This document shows positions 36,870 to 46,251 of a DNA stretch of 64,000 bases, piece after piece. Origin of the DNA: an uncultured Anaerolineales bacterium (GTDB lineage: Bacteria > Chloroflexota > Anaerolineae > UBA2200); the NCBI GenBank assembly GCA_964478075.1, contig CAYZGO010000004.1, positions 60,492-124,491 of the forward strand, given 5' to 3'. The notes beneath the pieces are model-generated. The model searched no databases, was not told the origin of the DNA, and was given only the letters and a program-made list of their open reading frames with translations. Each line of letters opens with the position of its first letter. The stretch's first letter is position 1. The position numbers and the translations under genes were made by a program.

Positions 36870-37655
36870 CTAAGCTCGGCGCAGCACTGCGCGCAGGATT
36901 ATGAACACACCGAGACCGATCAGCGACGCTGCCCAGATGAGATGCAGCGACGCAGCCAATGGACTCACGCCTACGCCAACCACTGCCAGCACTCCCGCTG
37001 GGATCAAGGCCCACCAGTTGCGGCGATTGACAATAAAGACAACGAGGAACGCCAGGGCAATGCTCAACAGGATGAACATCGCTACCCACTCGCCGCCCAC
37101 TAGCTCGCCCAGGCTCAACACCACGCCCATGAGAGCCATAATGCCGCCAGCGATGAGAGCCCACCAGTTGCTCTCGCGATTCATGGCAAAGATAACCAGG
37201 AAAGGGACGGCGCTGCCCACAAAGCCCACAAGAAGGAGCACTGCGTCATGCAAACCCAATTCGGCCAGCACTACGCCGAGCCCCCAGGCACTGATTATGC
37301 AGCCCGGGATAAGAGCCCACGATGCCTCGCGGGTGCCCTGTTTGAAAAAGATGTAGAAGAATGGCAGGGCGCTGCCTGTAAAACCAACCAGCACTACGAG
37401 CCACCCTGGAAGCCCGCAAGCCCCAAGTAGCGAGCCCACTCCCCAAGCGAACATGATGCTGCCGGGGATGAGCGGCCACCATTCCACAGTGTTGCTGAAC
37501 CACAGAGACAGAAAGAAAGCAGAACCGGCAAGCAGCACCAGACCACCCCAAAGCGGTCCGGTGAGCGTGATCTGCCCCAACTGCACGAGGAGCAGGATGA
37601 TGCCTGCAACGACCAAAAACAATCCCGCAGTTACGCGCCACCAGTTCTTCTTCAT
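36870..37655 (-). CDS. integral membrane protein with four internal repeats of about 55 aa (NWWALIPG motif)
   Basis: Repeated blocks ...WWPLIPGSIMFAWGVGSLLG..., ...SWALIPGCIISAWGLGVVLA..., ...NWWALIAGGIMALMGVVLSL..., ...NWWALIPAGVLAVVGVGVSP.... Start at the second ATG (MKKNWW) with a GAAAGGA RBS. Confidence 0.5.
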   Translation of the reverse strand: MKKNWWRVTAGLFLVVAGIILLLVQLGQITLTGPLWGGLVLLAGSAFFLSLWFSNTVEWWPLIPGSIMFAWGVGSLLGACGLPGWLVVLVGFTGSALPFFYIFFKQGTREASWALIPGCIISAWGLGVVLAELGLHDAVLLLVGFVGSAVPFLVIFAMNRESNWWALIAGGIMALMGVVLSLGELVGGEWVAMFILLSIALAFLVVFIVNRRNWWALIPAGVLAVVGVGVSPLAASLHLIWAASLIGLGVFIILRAVLRRA

Positions 37656-37910
37656 TGTCAACATCCTTTCTGTCTGCTGTCTGGTTTGTGCTACAAGCCT
37701 GCAATCGCCGGCTGAGCACGATGCGGCAGCTTTATGCGACCAGACGGGATTATAGCACGTTGCACCCTATCTGGCAATCAGCAGTCTTGGTCGGGGTCTA
37801 TGTCAGATTTGCGGCAAGTTTGTGGTGGATGAGGTCCCGTAGCTCGCTCTACCACCGCCCAGGCAACTCAGCCCACACGAAGAGGATAACCTGAGCACCT
37901 TCGTGACCGT

Positions 37911-37983
37911 GTCAAGGACGCTCAAAGGGGACGATAGTCCCCGTCTCCAGTCAGTACGCTTTGTTGGCCACGTGCCTGGCGTA
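37911..37983 (-). ncRNA. sRNA/terminator-like element copy B (candidate), about 85% identical to 16596-16668
   Basis: Same GCTCAAAGGGGAC-[AG]ATAGTCCCCGTC...CACGTGC.TGGCGTAC.ACGCGGA core. On the minus strand it ends in a GGGGACUAUCGUCCCC hairpin plus UUUGAGC. Confidence 0.3.
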
Positions 37984-38236
37984 CGACGCGGAGTAACATC
38001 CACCTCGATCTGAGCCAAGTAGCCCTCAGACGTGATGAAGTGACTGATAGAGAAAAGATGCGCGAACTAAGTCTTGAGATTATCGAACTGGTAGAACTCG
38101 AGTCTGGCGAGGGCAGCGCGGAGCAAGTGCCGACCGAGATCTTTGAGAGCAACCGGGGCCGTGCTAGTCTCTGCACGACCGATGTCGTCAACCTTGAGGT
38201 CGTCGAGGATAGTCGTTTCGCGTGTGTAGCCGGTGA

Positions 38237-38543
38237 GTCGGAATGTCATTCCGACGTACTATGCTGCGTCGGTCAGAGCTCGCTCCGTAAGTCGGAATGT
38301 CATTCCGACGTAGCACGCTCCGTCCGTCGGAGTTCGCCCCGTTGGTCGGAATGTCATTCCGACATAGCACGCTCCGTCCGTCGCAGCTCGCTCCGTTGGT
38401 CAGAATGTCATTCCGACTTAGCACCCTCCGTCCGTCGGAGTTCGCTCCGTTGGTCGGAATGACATTCCGACATAGCACGCTCCGTCCGTCGGAGTTCGCC
38501 CCGTTGGTCGGAATGTCATTCCGACTTACTACGACGTACTATG
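38237..38543. repeat. tandem array of a palindromic repeat with 54 bp periodicity, six copies of the 19-bp core, last unit partial (GTCGGAATGTCATTCCGAC core plus 35-bp near-identical linker); BIME/REP-array-like, adjacent to the second RAYT gene
   Basis: Six near-perfect 19-bp palindromes at 54-bp periodicity. The linkers are about 85% identical to each other, so they are not CRISPR spacers. All three forward frames stay open only because the unit is 18 codons. Confidence 0.8.
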
Positions 38544-39171
38544 TTGTGATGTATGTCCAGGGCCACGTTTCCCAATCAGAGGTCAGGCCCGCTTTTACCG
38601 GATTGTTGACTATGTACTGTACGATGCGGCCTAGTTCGTTCGCGTCCCGCACCACGTGATCATAACTTTCCGCCTGCCAGAACGTACCTTGCCGACCCAA
38701 GACCTTGTTTGCCTGTCGCGCCGTATGTCGTTTGAGGGATTGGAGGATCCGATGGAGGGCATAATACGTGCCGTCTTGACGTTGCAGCGGTGTACAGACC
38801 AAATGCACGTGATTGGGCATAATGCAAAATGCCAGTAGATCATATACCCGCCCGTGACGATAATGCAGGGCCTGAACAACCACCGTGGCCACTCGTGGGT
38901 CTGCTAGCCAGTGTGGGCCATACTCTGAAAAGTCTACGGCTGCGTCCCATAGCCCAAACGCGCGTCGCTCATCCAGATAGGCTTGCTTCTGGCGCTCTTG
39001 CGTGTCGCCGATGTGTGATAGCGCGCGTTCCTCTTGGTCGCGTTTTTCCTGCAACGCGGCGAGTACTGCACGCGGCAACGAGCCAGCAAGTCGGAAAGTG
39101 ACGAACAATGTTGCTCCGCCTGGCTGCCAATGCGGTAAATGGCGACGATAGAATACGCGATGGTCTGTCAT
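38539..39171 (-). CDS. REP-associated tyrosine transposase (RAYT, IS200-like Y1 HUH transposase), second and distinct family
   Basis: YRRHLPHWQPGGATLFVTFRL N-terminal RAYT motif, HUH motif CIMPNHVHLV, then GTFWQAESYDHVVRD and a catalytic Tyr region (VQYIVNNPVKAGL). Start at the ATG (MTDHR); the ORF track's TTG is 15 nt further up. Confidence 0.75.
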   Translation of the reverse strand: MTDHRVFYRRHLPHWQPGGATLFVTFRLAGSLPRAVLAALQEKRDQEERALSHIGDTQERQKQAYLDERRAFGLWDAAVDFSEYGPHWLADPRVATVVVQALHYRHGRVYDLLAFCIMPNHVHLVCTPLQRQDGTYYALHRILQSLKRHTARQANKVLGRQGTFWQAESYDHVVRDANELGRIVQYIVNNPVKAGLTSDWETWPWTYITT

Positions 39172-39195
39172 AGGCCGGATTGACAATCCGGCCTA
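39171..39195. repeat. perfect 12-bp palindrome TAGGCCGGATTG a CAATCCGGCCTA overlapping the RAYT start
   Basis: Seen directly at the 5' boundary of the second RAYT gene. Possible terminal hairpin or operator. Confidence 0.5.
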
Positions 39196-39983
39196 CCGTA
39201 AGACTGCCGGTTGAGCATTTGTCTTCCTCGCTTACATGGTACTCGGTGTCATCAATCTCGCGCAGGTTGACGTAGAATTGATTCGCATCCGGAATCTCCC
39301 GCACGAAGCGCTTCTGGTCGGCAAGGCTGAACTGGGCAAACTCTCGGTGTGTTCGCCGAACTGGTCGTAGTCCATTCTGCAACTGAGGGAGGCTTGCTCC
39401 TGCATTGTCTCCTAGAAGCGCGTCGGATCGTTCTCGGCTCTGTCCAGCGAGAGAGAGTGCGGTAAAAGTCAAGACCCAATTTGAGTCGAGAAATGAACCT
39501 TAGCAACCGAAAAAGAGACGCATTGAACCATGCCTGCCCACGTTGGTTTTTCGAAGAGTGGGGGCTCGAATGGATGCTTATGGTGGCCGGAGGTATACGG
39601 TTTGCTGGTCAGGAGCGGAACGCGTCCCGTCTGCGGTTCGCTCCGTGGCACGACCGGCCCCGTCGAGCGAAGCGAGCGGCTGAACACTAGCGTGGGCACT
39701 CGACCTTGCCTGGTAGTCACACACGTCAAACCTTCTGCGTGATCCTGACGTCTTTCGCAGGCCAATTCTAGCACATGTTGTCCATTCTCGCAATGCTGTA
39801 GCGTGCGGTAGTCTCTTGTGTTGTGATGGTGCGACTTGTTCCATGCCTTGTCAAGCACATCGGCAGCAGTGACCTGACTATACTGTAATAGCCCCCTACT
39901 GCCCTTTAATCCTGATTTCATCTTCGTGCCGTATCATTCCAGCGAACCCAGACTCCTTGCCAGAGCAAGAGTTGCCTTGTCTT

Positions 39984-40012
39984 TTGTAAGCTCGCAGCAG
40001 TTGTGGTAAGAT
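39984..40012 (+). promoter_or_regulatory. putative promoter for the glycan operon (TTGTAA - 17 - TAAGAT)
   Basis: About 65 nt upstream of the AGGAGG RBS and ATG of the first epimerase gene. Confidence 0.3.
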
Positions 40013-40076
40013 ATGCCGCCGCCCGTTCGACATCTGGGGTCTGCCCCGGCGGGCGGCGCAGGCTTGCTTAGGAGGT

Positions 40077-41207
40077 ATGATGCGTTGTGACGTCCTGGTA
40101 ACCGGCGGTGCGGGCTTTATCGGCTCACATCTGACCGATGCCCTGATCGCCGCCGGCCACAAAGTGCGCGTCTACGACAGTCTCGAAGCTCAGGTTCACG
40201 GTGAAGGCGCGCGTGCACCCTCTTACCTGAACCCTGAGGCAGAGTTCGTGGTCGCCAAGCTGGGAGATCGCCAGGCATTGACCAAAGCCCTGTCTGGTGT
40301 CAAAGTCGTGTTCCACCTCGCTGCCGCAGTCGGTGTGGGTCAGTCCATGTATCAGATTCAGCATTATGTAGAGTACAACACCCTGGGAGGCGCAATCCTG
40401 CTCGACATCCTGGCCACGGAGCGGCACCGCGTGCGAAAGTTGGTAGTAGCCTCCTCAATGTCAATCTATGGTGAGGGAGCTTATCATTGCACGCAATGTG
40501 GCAAAGTATACCCACCCCCACGCCCGCTGAGACAACTGAAGGCACGCGATTGGGAAATGCATTGCCCGACTTGTGGTCGCGTCGCAACGCCCCTCCCCAC
40601 CGCAGAAGACAAGGCACTCCAGCCCACATCCATCTATGCCATAACCAAACGTGACCATGAGGAGATGTTCATCTGCGTGGGCCGGGCGTACCGGCTGCCC
40701 GTGGTAGCTCTGCGCTTTTTCAACGTCTACGGTCCCCGGCAGGCGCTGTCCAATCCCTACACCGGAGTTGCAGCAATCTTCTCCGCACGCTTGCTCAATG
40801 ACCGGCCACCCGTCGTTTACGAGGACGGATTGCAGAGCCGTGACTTTGTGCACGTCAGCGATGCGGTACGTGCTGCCATCCTGGCCATGGAAAGCAAAGA
40901 GGCGGACTACGAGCCAATCAATGTGGGCACAGGGCATGCCACCACCATCCTCGACGTGGCACGGCTGCTGGCCGAGAAACTGCACAAGCAAGACCTCACA
41001 CCACAGATCAGAGGGCAGTTCCGCCAGGGCGACATCCGCCACTGCATCGCGGATACCACCAAGATTCGGGAGCGCCTGGGCTACGCGCCCCGTGTCTCCT
41101 ACGAAGATGGCATTGATGATCTCGTCACCTGGGTCAGCAGCCAGATAGCAGAGGATCGTTTCAGTGACGTGGAGTCGGCACTGAGCGCACGGAAACTCGT
41201 GGTATAG
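40077..41207 (+). CDS. NAD-dependent epimerase/dehydratase (extended SDR) with an inserted C4 zinc-ribbon
   Basis: GGAGFIGSHL Rossmann motif and YxxxK (YAITK) catalytic dyad. An insert of about 40 aa, CTQCGKVYPPP...CPTCGRV, sits between the conserved segments. Confidence 0.8.
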   Translation: MMRCDVLVTGGAGFIGSHLTDALIAAGHKVRVYDSLEAQVHGEGARAPSYLNPEAEFVVAKLGDRQALTKALSGVKVVFHLAAAVGVGQSMYQIQHYVEYNTLGGAILLDILATERHRVRKLVVASSMSIYGEGAYHCTQCGKVYPPPRPLRQLKARDWEMHCPTCGRVATPLPTAEDKALQPTSIYAITKRDHEEMFICVGRAYRLPVVALRFFNVYGPRQALSNPYTGVAAIFSARLLNDRPPVVYEDGLQSRDFVHVSDAVRAAILAMESKEADYEPINVGTGHATTILDVARLLAEKLHKQDLTPQIRGQFRQGDIRHCIADTTKIRERLGYAPRVSYEDGIDDLVTWVSSQIAEDRFSDVESALSARKLVV

Positions 41208-41234
41208 GCAATCCCGGGGAGGACATGGCATACA

Positions 41235-42266
41235 ATGTCGATGCCGCGCATACTGGTCACGGGCGCAGCTGGATTCATGGGCAGTCACCTCGTTGATGCC
41301 CTGGTCAACGAATACAAAGTTCACGGTGTGGATGATTTGTCTGGAGGCTTCTGGCGCAATGTTAACCCTAAGAGCCACTTCACCAGGCTGGATCTGCGCC
41401 AGAAAGAAGCAACTGAACAGTACGTTGCCAGCGTGCGGCCTGAGGTTCTCTTCCACCTTGCTGCTGATGCTACCGAGGGCCGCAGCCAATTCACACCGAT
41501 TACCTGTACCGACTGCAATCTCATGGCTTACCTGCACACCCTGGTCCCGGCAATCCGCAATGGCCTGCACAAGGTCGTGTTGGCCAGTTCAATGAGTGTC
41601 TATGGTGCGCAAACACCACCCTTCGACGAAAACATGTCCATGGAGCCAGAGGACGTGTACGGCGTGTCTAAAACAGCGATGGAACAGATAACCCACATCC
41701 TGAGCGAGGTACATGGGTTTGCCTACACAATTATCCGACCGCACAATGTCTACGGGCCACGCCAGAATATCGCCGATCCGTACCGTAATGTTATCGGCAT
41801 CTTTATTAACTGTCTGCTGAACGACAAGAGCTTTTATATCTATAGCGACGGCGAACAGCGCCGTGCCTTCACCTACATAGACGACTTTACGCCCTACATG
41901 CTGAGAGCCGCTCTTGATGACAGGTGCGATGGCGAAGTGATCAACATTGGGCCGCGTGAGGAGCTGACCATCAACTCGCTCGCGGATTTGGTGCTGTCGC
42001 TTTTCTACGAAGGACAGGACATCCCTGACCACGTTCGTCCTGTCCACCTGCCCCCACGCCCTAAGGAAGTGCGTGATGCCTACTGCACTGATGAGAAGGC
42101 TCGACGCTTGCTGGGTTACCACGTGACCGTGAAACTGGAAGACGGCATCCGGCGCATGATCGCCTGGGCGAAGGAACTCGGGGCACAAGAACCCCGGTAC
42201 ATGGAAAACGGATTGGAAATCACCACATCCGCCACACCAGCTACGTGGACACAGAGGCTGATATAG
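41235..42266 (+). CDS. NAD-dependent epimerase/dehydratase (dTDP-glucose 4,6-dehydratase / UDP-glucuronate decarboxylase-like SDR)
   Basis: GAAGFMGSHL, YGVSK catalytic motif, 343 aa. Confidence 0.8.
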   Translation: MSMPRILVTGAAGFMGSHLVDALVNEYKVHGVDDLSGGFWRNVNPKSHFTRLDLRQKEATEQYVASVRPEVLFHLAADATEGRSQFTPITCTDCNLMAYLHTLVPAIRNGLHKVVLASSMSVYGAQTPPFDENMSMEPEDVYGVSKTAMEQITHILSEVHGFAYTIIRPHNVYGPRQNIADPYRNVIGIFINCLLNDKSFYIYSDGEQRRAFTYIDDFTPYMLRAALDDRCDGEVINIGPREELTINSLADLVLSLFYEGQDIPDHVRPVHLPPRPKEVRDAYCTDEKARRLLGYHVTVKLEDGIRRMIAWAKELGAQEPRYMENGLEITTSATPATWTQRLI

Positions 42267-42282
42267 CAATAGAGCATATGCC

Positions 42283-43539
42283 ATGAAAGTTGTAGTGGCC
42301 ATTTTCGAGCAATTGGTGCCAATCTCGGGCGGCGGCACGCCGCGCACCTCTCACATGGTGCACGCGCTGGTCAGGCGGGGGCATCAAGTTTACGTCGCTG
42401 CCGCCTTCGGGGTACATCCCGCAGAAGCATCCAGAGAGCTTGGGTGTGCAGGCATGCTTTCGCTTCCGCACGTCAGCCGACTGGATCACCGCAAGATGCT
42501 CAAGTACCTGTTCGTCTATCCGTGGAACATGCTGTGCCTTGCTCTCTACATCTGGCGCATACAGCCAGACGTTGTCGTGTCACATAACTCGGTTGCTGGC
42601 TTCGCGGCCCTGCTAGGCAAAACCCTGCACCGTCAGACCGTGACCGTGCTTGACCTGACCGACCTGCTGTTCGAGTACCTCGAAAGCTATCGCGCCCGCT
42701 GGGCATCGCCCGTACTATTGCTTGGACGAGCGCTGGAGCGGCACGCCATCCGCAAGTCGGATCATGTTGTGACGATCAGCAAAGCAATGCGCAGCATCCT
42801 CGTGCAAGACTATGAAGTGAGCGAGTCAAGAGTGGATGTCGTGCACGACGGCGTTGACTGCAACGTGTTCCACCCACAAGAGGCAAGCGCACTGCGACGT
42901 CAGGTCTCTCCCTGGGCGCGGCACATCTGCATCCTGCACGGCGTGATAGATCCACAGGATGGCCCTGAACTGCTCGTGGAGGCGGCTCCGCTGGTCCTAT
43001 CGCGATTCCCAAAGACGGCCTTCTGGTGGGTTGGCGATGGCGCTGCTGTGCCAAGGCTCAAGGCTCGCGCTGAACAATTGGATCTGAGCGACAGATTCTT
43101 CTTCTCCGGCTGGGTCAGACAGCAGGAGGTGACTAACTACATCAATGCCAGTGACCTGGGACTGGTAGTGCTGCCTGACATTCTGTCAGCGCGGGGGCGC
43201 GTCACCCTCAAGGAGTTCGAGTACTGGGCGTGCGGGAAAGCAGCGGTGCTGCCGCGCCTACCGGCGCTTCAGGAGATCATTCCAGAGGGCGAGGCATCAC
43301 TGTTCTACACGGCGGGCAACGCTGGCGACCTGGCCGAGAAGATCTGCGTTCTGCTGGCCGACGATGAGCGCAGAAAGGCTATGGGCCGACGCGGCCGGCA
43401 GATGGTGGCTGACCGCTTCGAATGGCGTGTGCTGACGGATGAACTGGCCCGCCTCTGCGAGAGCTACGCTACGCCCCAAGTCGCCAAGCACGACGCCGAT
43501 CCTGAATCGGGAGGTATCCATGAAAGTGCTAGTCACTAA
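42283..43539 (+). CDS. glycosyltransferase family 1 (GT4-type)
   Basis: GT-B architecture with a C-terminal EX7E-like region (KEFEYWACGKA...). 418 aa. Confidence 0.75.
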   Translation: MKVVVAIFEQLVPISGGGTPRTSHMVHALVRRGHQVYVAAAFGVHPAEASRELGCAGMLSLPHVSRLDHRKMLKYLFVYPWNMLCLALYIWRIQPDVVVSHNSVAGFAALLGKTLHRQTVTVLDLTDLLFEYLESYRARWASPVLLLGRALERHAIRKSDHVVTISKAMRSILVQDYEVSESRVDVVHDGVDCNVFHPQEASALRRQVSPWARHICILHGVIDPQDGPELLVEAAPLVLSRFPKTAFWWVGDGAAVPRLKARAEQLDLSDRFFFSGWVRQQEVTNYINASDLGLVVLPDILSARGRVTLKEFEYWACGKAAVLPRLPALQEIIPEGEASLFYTAGNAGDLAEKICVLLADDERRKAMGRRGRQMVADRFEWRVLTDELARLCESYATPQVAKHDADPESGGIHESASH

Positions 43540-44968
43540 CCCGCCTTGGCCTGGTGAAGGGTACGGGGCACGTTCGGACGTGCGCTGGCCTCACAAGCGG
43601 AAAGACAAGTACCTTGAGTACCCGATTTACCTGTCCTACACCGTGGCCGTGCTGGAAGAGGCGGGATTCGACGTTGCCTTCGTGGACGCAATCATGGAAG
43701 AACTCGACATCCCTGCCTTTGTGCAGAGAGTCAAGGGAATAAACCCCCGCCTGTTGGTAATGGAATGCTCCACGCCCTCGATACGGTACGACCTGCAGTC
43801 TGCAGCGGCTGTCAAGAGCGCCTTGCCCGACACCAGGATTGCGCTGGTGGGCTCACATGTCACCTTTTTCAGCAAAGACGTCCTGGCTGAGAACCCCGCC
43901 GTAGACGCCATCTGCCGGGGCGAGTTTGAGATCACCGTGCGCGAACTGGCACGTGCCATTGCGGAGGGGCGCGACTGGAGCACAGTAGAAGGGCTATCCT
44001 ATCGAGCTGGTGACAAAGTCGCAGCCAATCCCGACCGGCCGTTGATCGAGGACGTCGACAGTTTGCCGTTCCCTGCGCGGCACATAGTGCGCGACGACGG
44101 ATACCGAGCCGCCATCTACTCCGGCAAAAAGTGCACGGGGATGGTAAGTTCGCGTGGCTGTCCATATCACTGCACCTTCTGTGTATGGCCCAGCACTCTC
44201 TACGGTCACAGATTCCGTGCCCGCAGCGCCAACAACGTCGTTGATGAAATTGAGCAAGCGGCAACGCGCTACGGAATAGATGAGATCTACTTTGACGATG
44301 ACACGTTCACCATTGACAGAAAGAGGGTTTTGGAGATCTGCCGATTGATCAAGGAACGCGGCCTCCAGGTGTCCTGGATTTGCCAGGCACGAGTGGACAC
44401 TGTGGATCGCGAAATGCTGCTGGCTATGAAGGAGGCTGGGTGCCACTACATCCTGTTTGGTGTAGAGTCTGGCTCGCCGGAAATGCTCAAGATCATGAAG
44501 AAGCAAATCACGCTGGCCAAGGCGCGGGAGGCTTTTCGCCTGTGCAGTGAGTTGGGCATCAAGGCCCAGGCATTCTTCCTCTTCGGCATTCCTGGCGAGA
44601 CCCAGGAGACGATCAGACAAACGATCGAGTTTGCAAAGGAACTAGGCGCCTCCAGCACACAGTTCGCAGTGGCTATCCCCCAACCAGGCAGTGCACTTTA
44701 TCAGCAGTGTGTACAGAACAGCTGGTTGATCTTCAATGATTGGGAGGATTTCGCTTCCTGTAACGCTCTCATCGAGACACCGCAGCTATCACGAAAGGAA
44801 GCGGAGGAAGCACGGATACGGGCCTACCGTGAGTATTACTTCCGACCAACGTTTGTCTTGCGCGAAGCGCTGCGCATTCGTCACCCGCGCGACGTGAAAC
44901 GACTGCTGCGGGGAGCAATGTCGGTGCTGACCCGCATATCTTTCTTCCAGTCTGCACGCAGCTCATGA
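43520..44968 (+). CDS. B12-binding-domain radical SAM protein (class B radical SAM)
   Basis: N-terminal cobalamin-binding-like Rossmann region (VLVTNPPW...), then radical-SAM CxxxCxxC (CPYHCTFC) and a TIM-barrel region. Start ATG 43520 with a GGGAGGT RBS, overlapping the upstream gene by 20 nt. Confidence 0.8.
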   Translation: MKVLVTNPPWPGEGYGARSDVRWPHKRKDKYLEYPIYLSYTVAVLEEAGFDVAFVDAIMEELDIPAFVQRVKGINPRLLVMECSTPSIRYDLQSAAAVKSALPDTRIALVGSHVTFFSKDVLAENPAVDAICRGEFEITVRELARAIAEGRDWSTVEGLSYRAGDKVAANPDRPLIEDVDSLPFPARHIVRDDGYRAAIYSGKKCTGMVSSRGCPYHCTFCVWPSTLYGHRFRARSANNVVDEIEQAATRYGIDEIYFDDDTFTIDRKRVLEICRLIKERGLQVSWICQARVDTVDREMLLAMKEAGCHYILFGVESGSPEMLKIMKKQITLAKAREAFRLCSELGIKAQAFFLFGIPGETQETIRQTIEFAKELGASSTQFAVAIPQPGSALYQQCVQNSWLIFNDWEDFASCNALIETPQLSRKEAEEARIRAYREYYFRPTFVLREALRIRHPRDVKRLLRGAMSVLTRISFFQSARSS

Positions 44969-46251
44969 AGATCCTGTTGCTGGCTCCTTTCGATCTCTTC
45001 CCCCCGGTGCACGGGGGAAGCAGCATCGTTTACAACTTAATAAAGCACGCTGCCGCACGGCACAAAGTGAGCGCGCTCATCTCGCACCTTTACTCCCTCG
45101 GGAGACAGGTGGACCCCTCGTGCTCGAGCCCTCCAGGGCGAAGCTTCGAGGCCGAAGGCTTGAGCCCCCGTCGACCAGGGACGAACGGCCCCTTAGGGCG
45201 AAGCCTGGCTGCAGACAACGTCAACGTACATTACTGCCGGCGCTCGCCCTTCGACCGCTTGCGAGTGCTATCTTTCCTCGTCAATCCTTACTACTATCGC
45301 GCAGCCGAGCGCATATGCCGCCAGAGTCAACCCGATGTGATCCACTGCGAGACCCTGTGGCCTATCCTGGCAGGATGGCACTTGCGGCGCAAGTACCACG
45401 TGCCATTGCTTTGGGTCGAAGAGAACATCGAAGCACTCAAATTCGCCACTCTGGGGCGGCCAAGAATCATCACTTCACTGGTAGCAATAGTTGAGCGCTT
45501 TGCCTGCCAGCACGCCGATCACATCATCACGCTCACCGAGATTGACCAGGGGCATCTCAGAGAGCTGTATCACGTGCAAGCCGAGCGCGTGACCGTAATC
45601 ACGCCCAGTCCGGATCTGTCAGACTTTCAGTGGGACAAAACGGCCCGGTCCGCAACACGCAAACGCTATGGCTTGTCCCAGGAGGATGTGCTGCTGACCT
45701 TCGTGGGCAATATGAAGTACGAGCCCAACCAGCACGCTGTGCGTCGCATTGCGGACTGCATCTATCCTGCAGTGATGGACAGATATCCCAGCGCCAGATT
45801 TGTGGTCATCGGACAGGGAGCGGAGCACCTCACTGACTGCCGCCGCGACAACATCATCTTCGCTGGCTACGTAAGCCGCCAAGACCTGGTGGCACACCTG
45901 TCAGCTACCGACATCTTTCTGGTGCCTGTCGAAACCGGCTCTGGCATAAGAGTCAAGATTCTGGAGGCGGCAGCGTGCGGACGGGCAGTCGTGGCTACAA
46001 GAAAGGCTACGGAGGGCCTGGAGTTCTTCAACGACGACGAAATCGTGCGTGTAGAGGCAGTTGATCAGCGCTTCGTTGCCGCCGTTTTACGCCTGATCGA
46101 GGACGGGGCATTGCGCACCGCCATAGGCGCACGTGTCCAACTACGCACGAGGCGCGAGTTAGGATGGGACAAGACGTTAGCAGAGTATGAACAAGCGTGT
46201 GCGAAAGCCATCGCTGCCGCGCGAACACAAGGACGCCACGAGCCGGCATGA
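44965..46251 (+). CDS. glycosyltransferase family 1 (GT4-type) with a low-complexity insertion
   Basis: GT-B GT1 pattern with ETGSGIRVKILEAAACGRAVVAT near the C-terminus. Start overlaps the previous stop (ATGA). Confidence 0.75.
   Translation: MKILLLAPFDLFPPVHGGSSIVYNLIKHAAARHKVSALISHLYSLGRQVDPSCSSPPGRSFEAEGLSPRRPGTNGPLGRSLAADNVNVHYCRRSPFDRLRVLSFLVNPYYYRAAERICRQSQPDVIHCETLWPILAGWHLRRKYHVPLLWVEENIEALKFATLGRPRIITSLVAIVERFACQHADHIITLTEIDQGHLRELYHVQAERVTVITPSPDLSDFQWDKTARSATRKRYGLSQEDVLLTFVGNMKYEPNQHAVRRIADCIYPAVMDRYPSARFVVIGQGAEHLTDCRRDNIIFAGYVSRQDLVAHLSATDIFLVPVETGSGIRVKILEAAACGRAVVATRKATEGLEFFNDDEIVRVEAVDQRFVAAVLRLIEDGALRTAIGARVQLRTRRELGWDKTLAEYEQACAKAIAAARTQGRHEPA

Noticed and set aside
38237-38543. 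Possible CRISPR array (regular palindromic repeats separated by spacers of about 35 bp)
   Set aside because: The so-called spacers are about 85% identical to one another and the unit repeats as a whole 54-mer. There are no cas genes within the window. The repeat core is a true palindrome, like REP/BIME elements, rather than a CRISPR repeat.
38040-38659. Three overlapping periodic ORFs (18-aa repeats such as MSFRRSTLRPSEFAPLVG) suggesting a repeat protein
   Set aside because: All three forward frames are open only because the 54-bp DNA unit is a multiple of 3. No frame has an RBS or non-repetitive flanking domains. Interpreted as a non-coding REP array.
39469-39921. 150-aa minus-strand ORF as a real gene
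   Set aside because: Arg/Ser/Thr/His-rich low-complexity translation with no recognisable motif and no RBS. The region looks like degraded sequence next to the RAYT/REP element.
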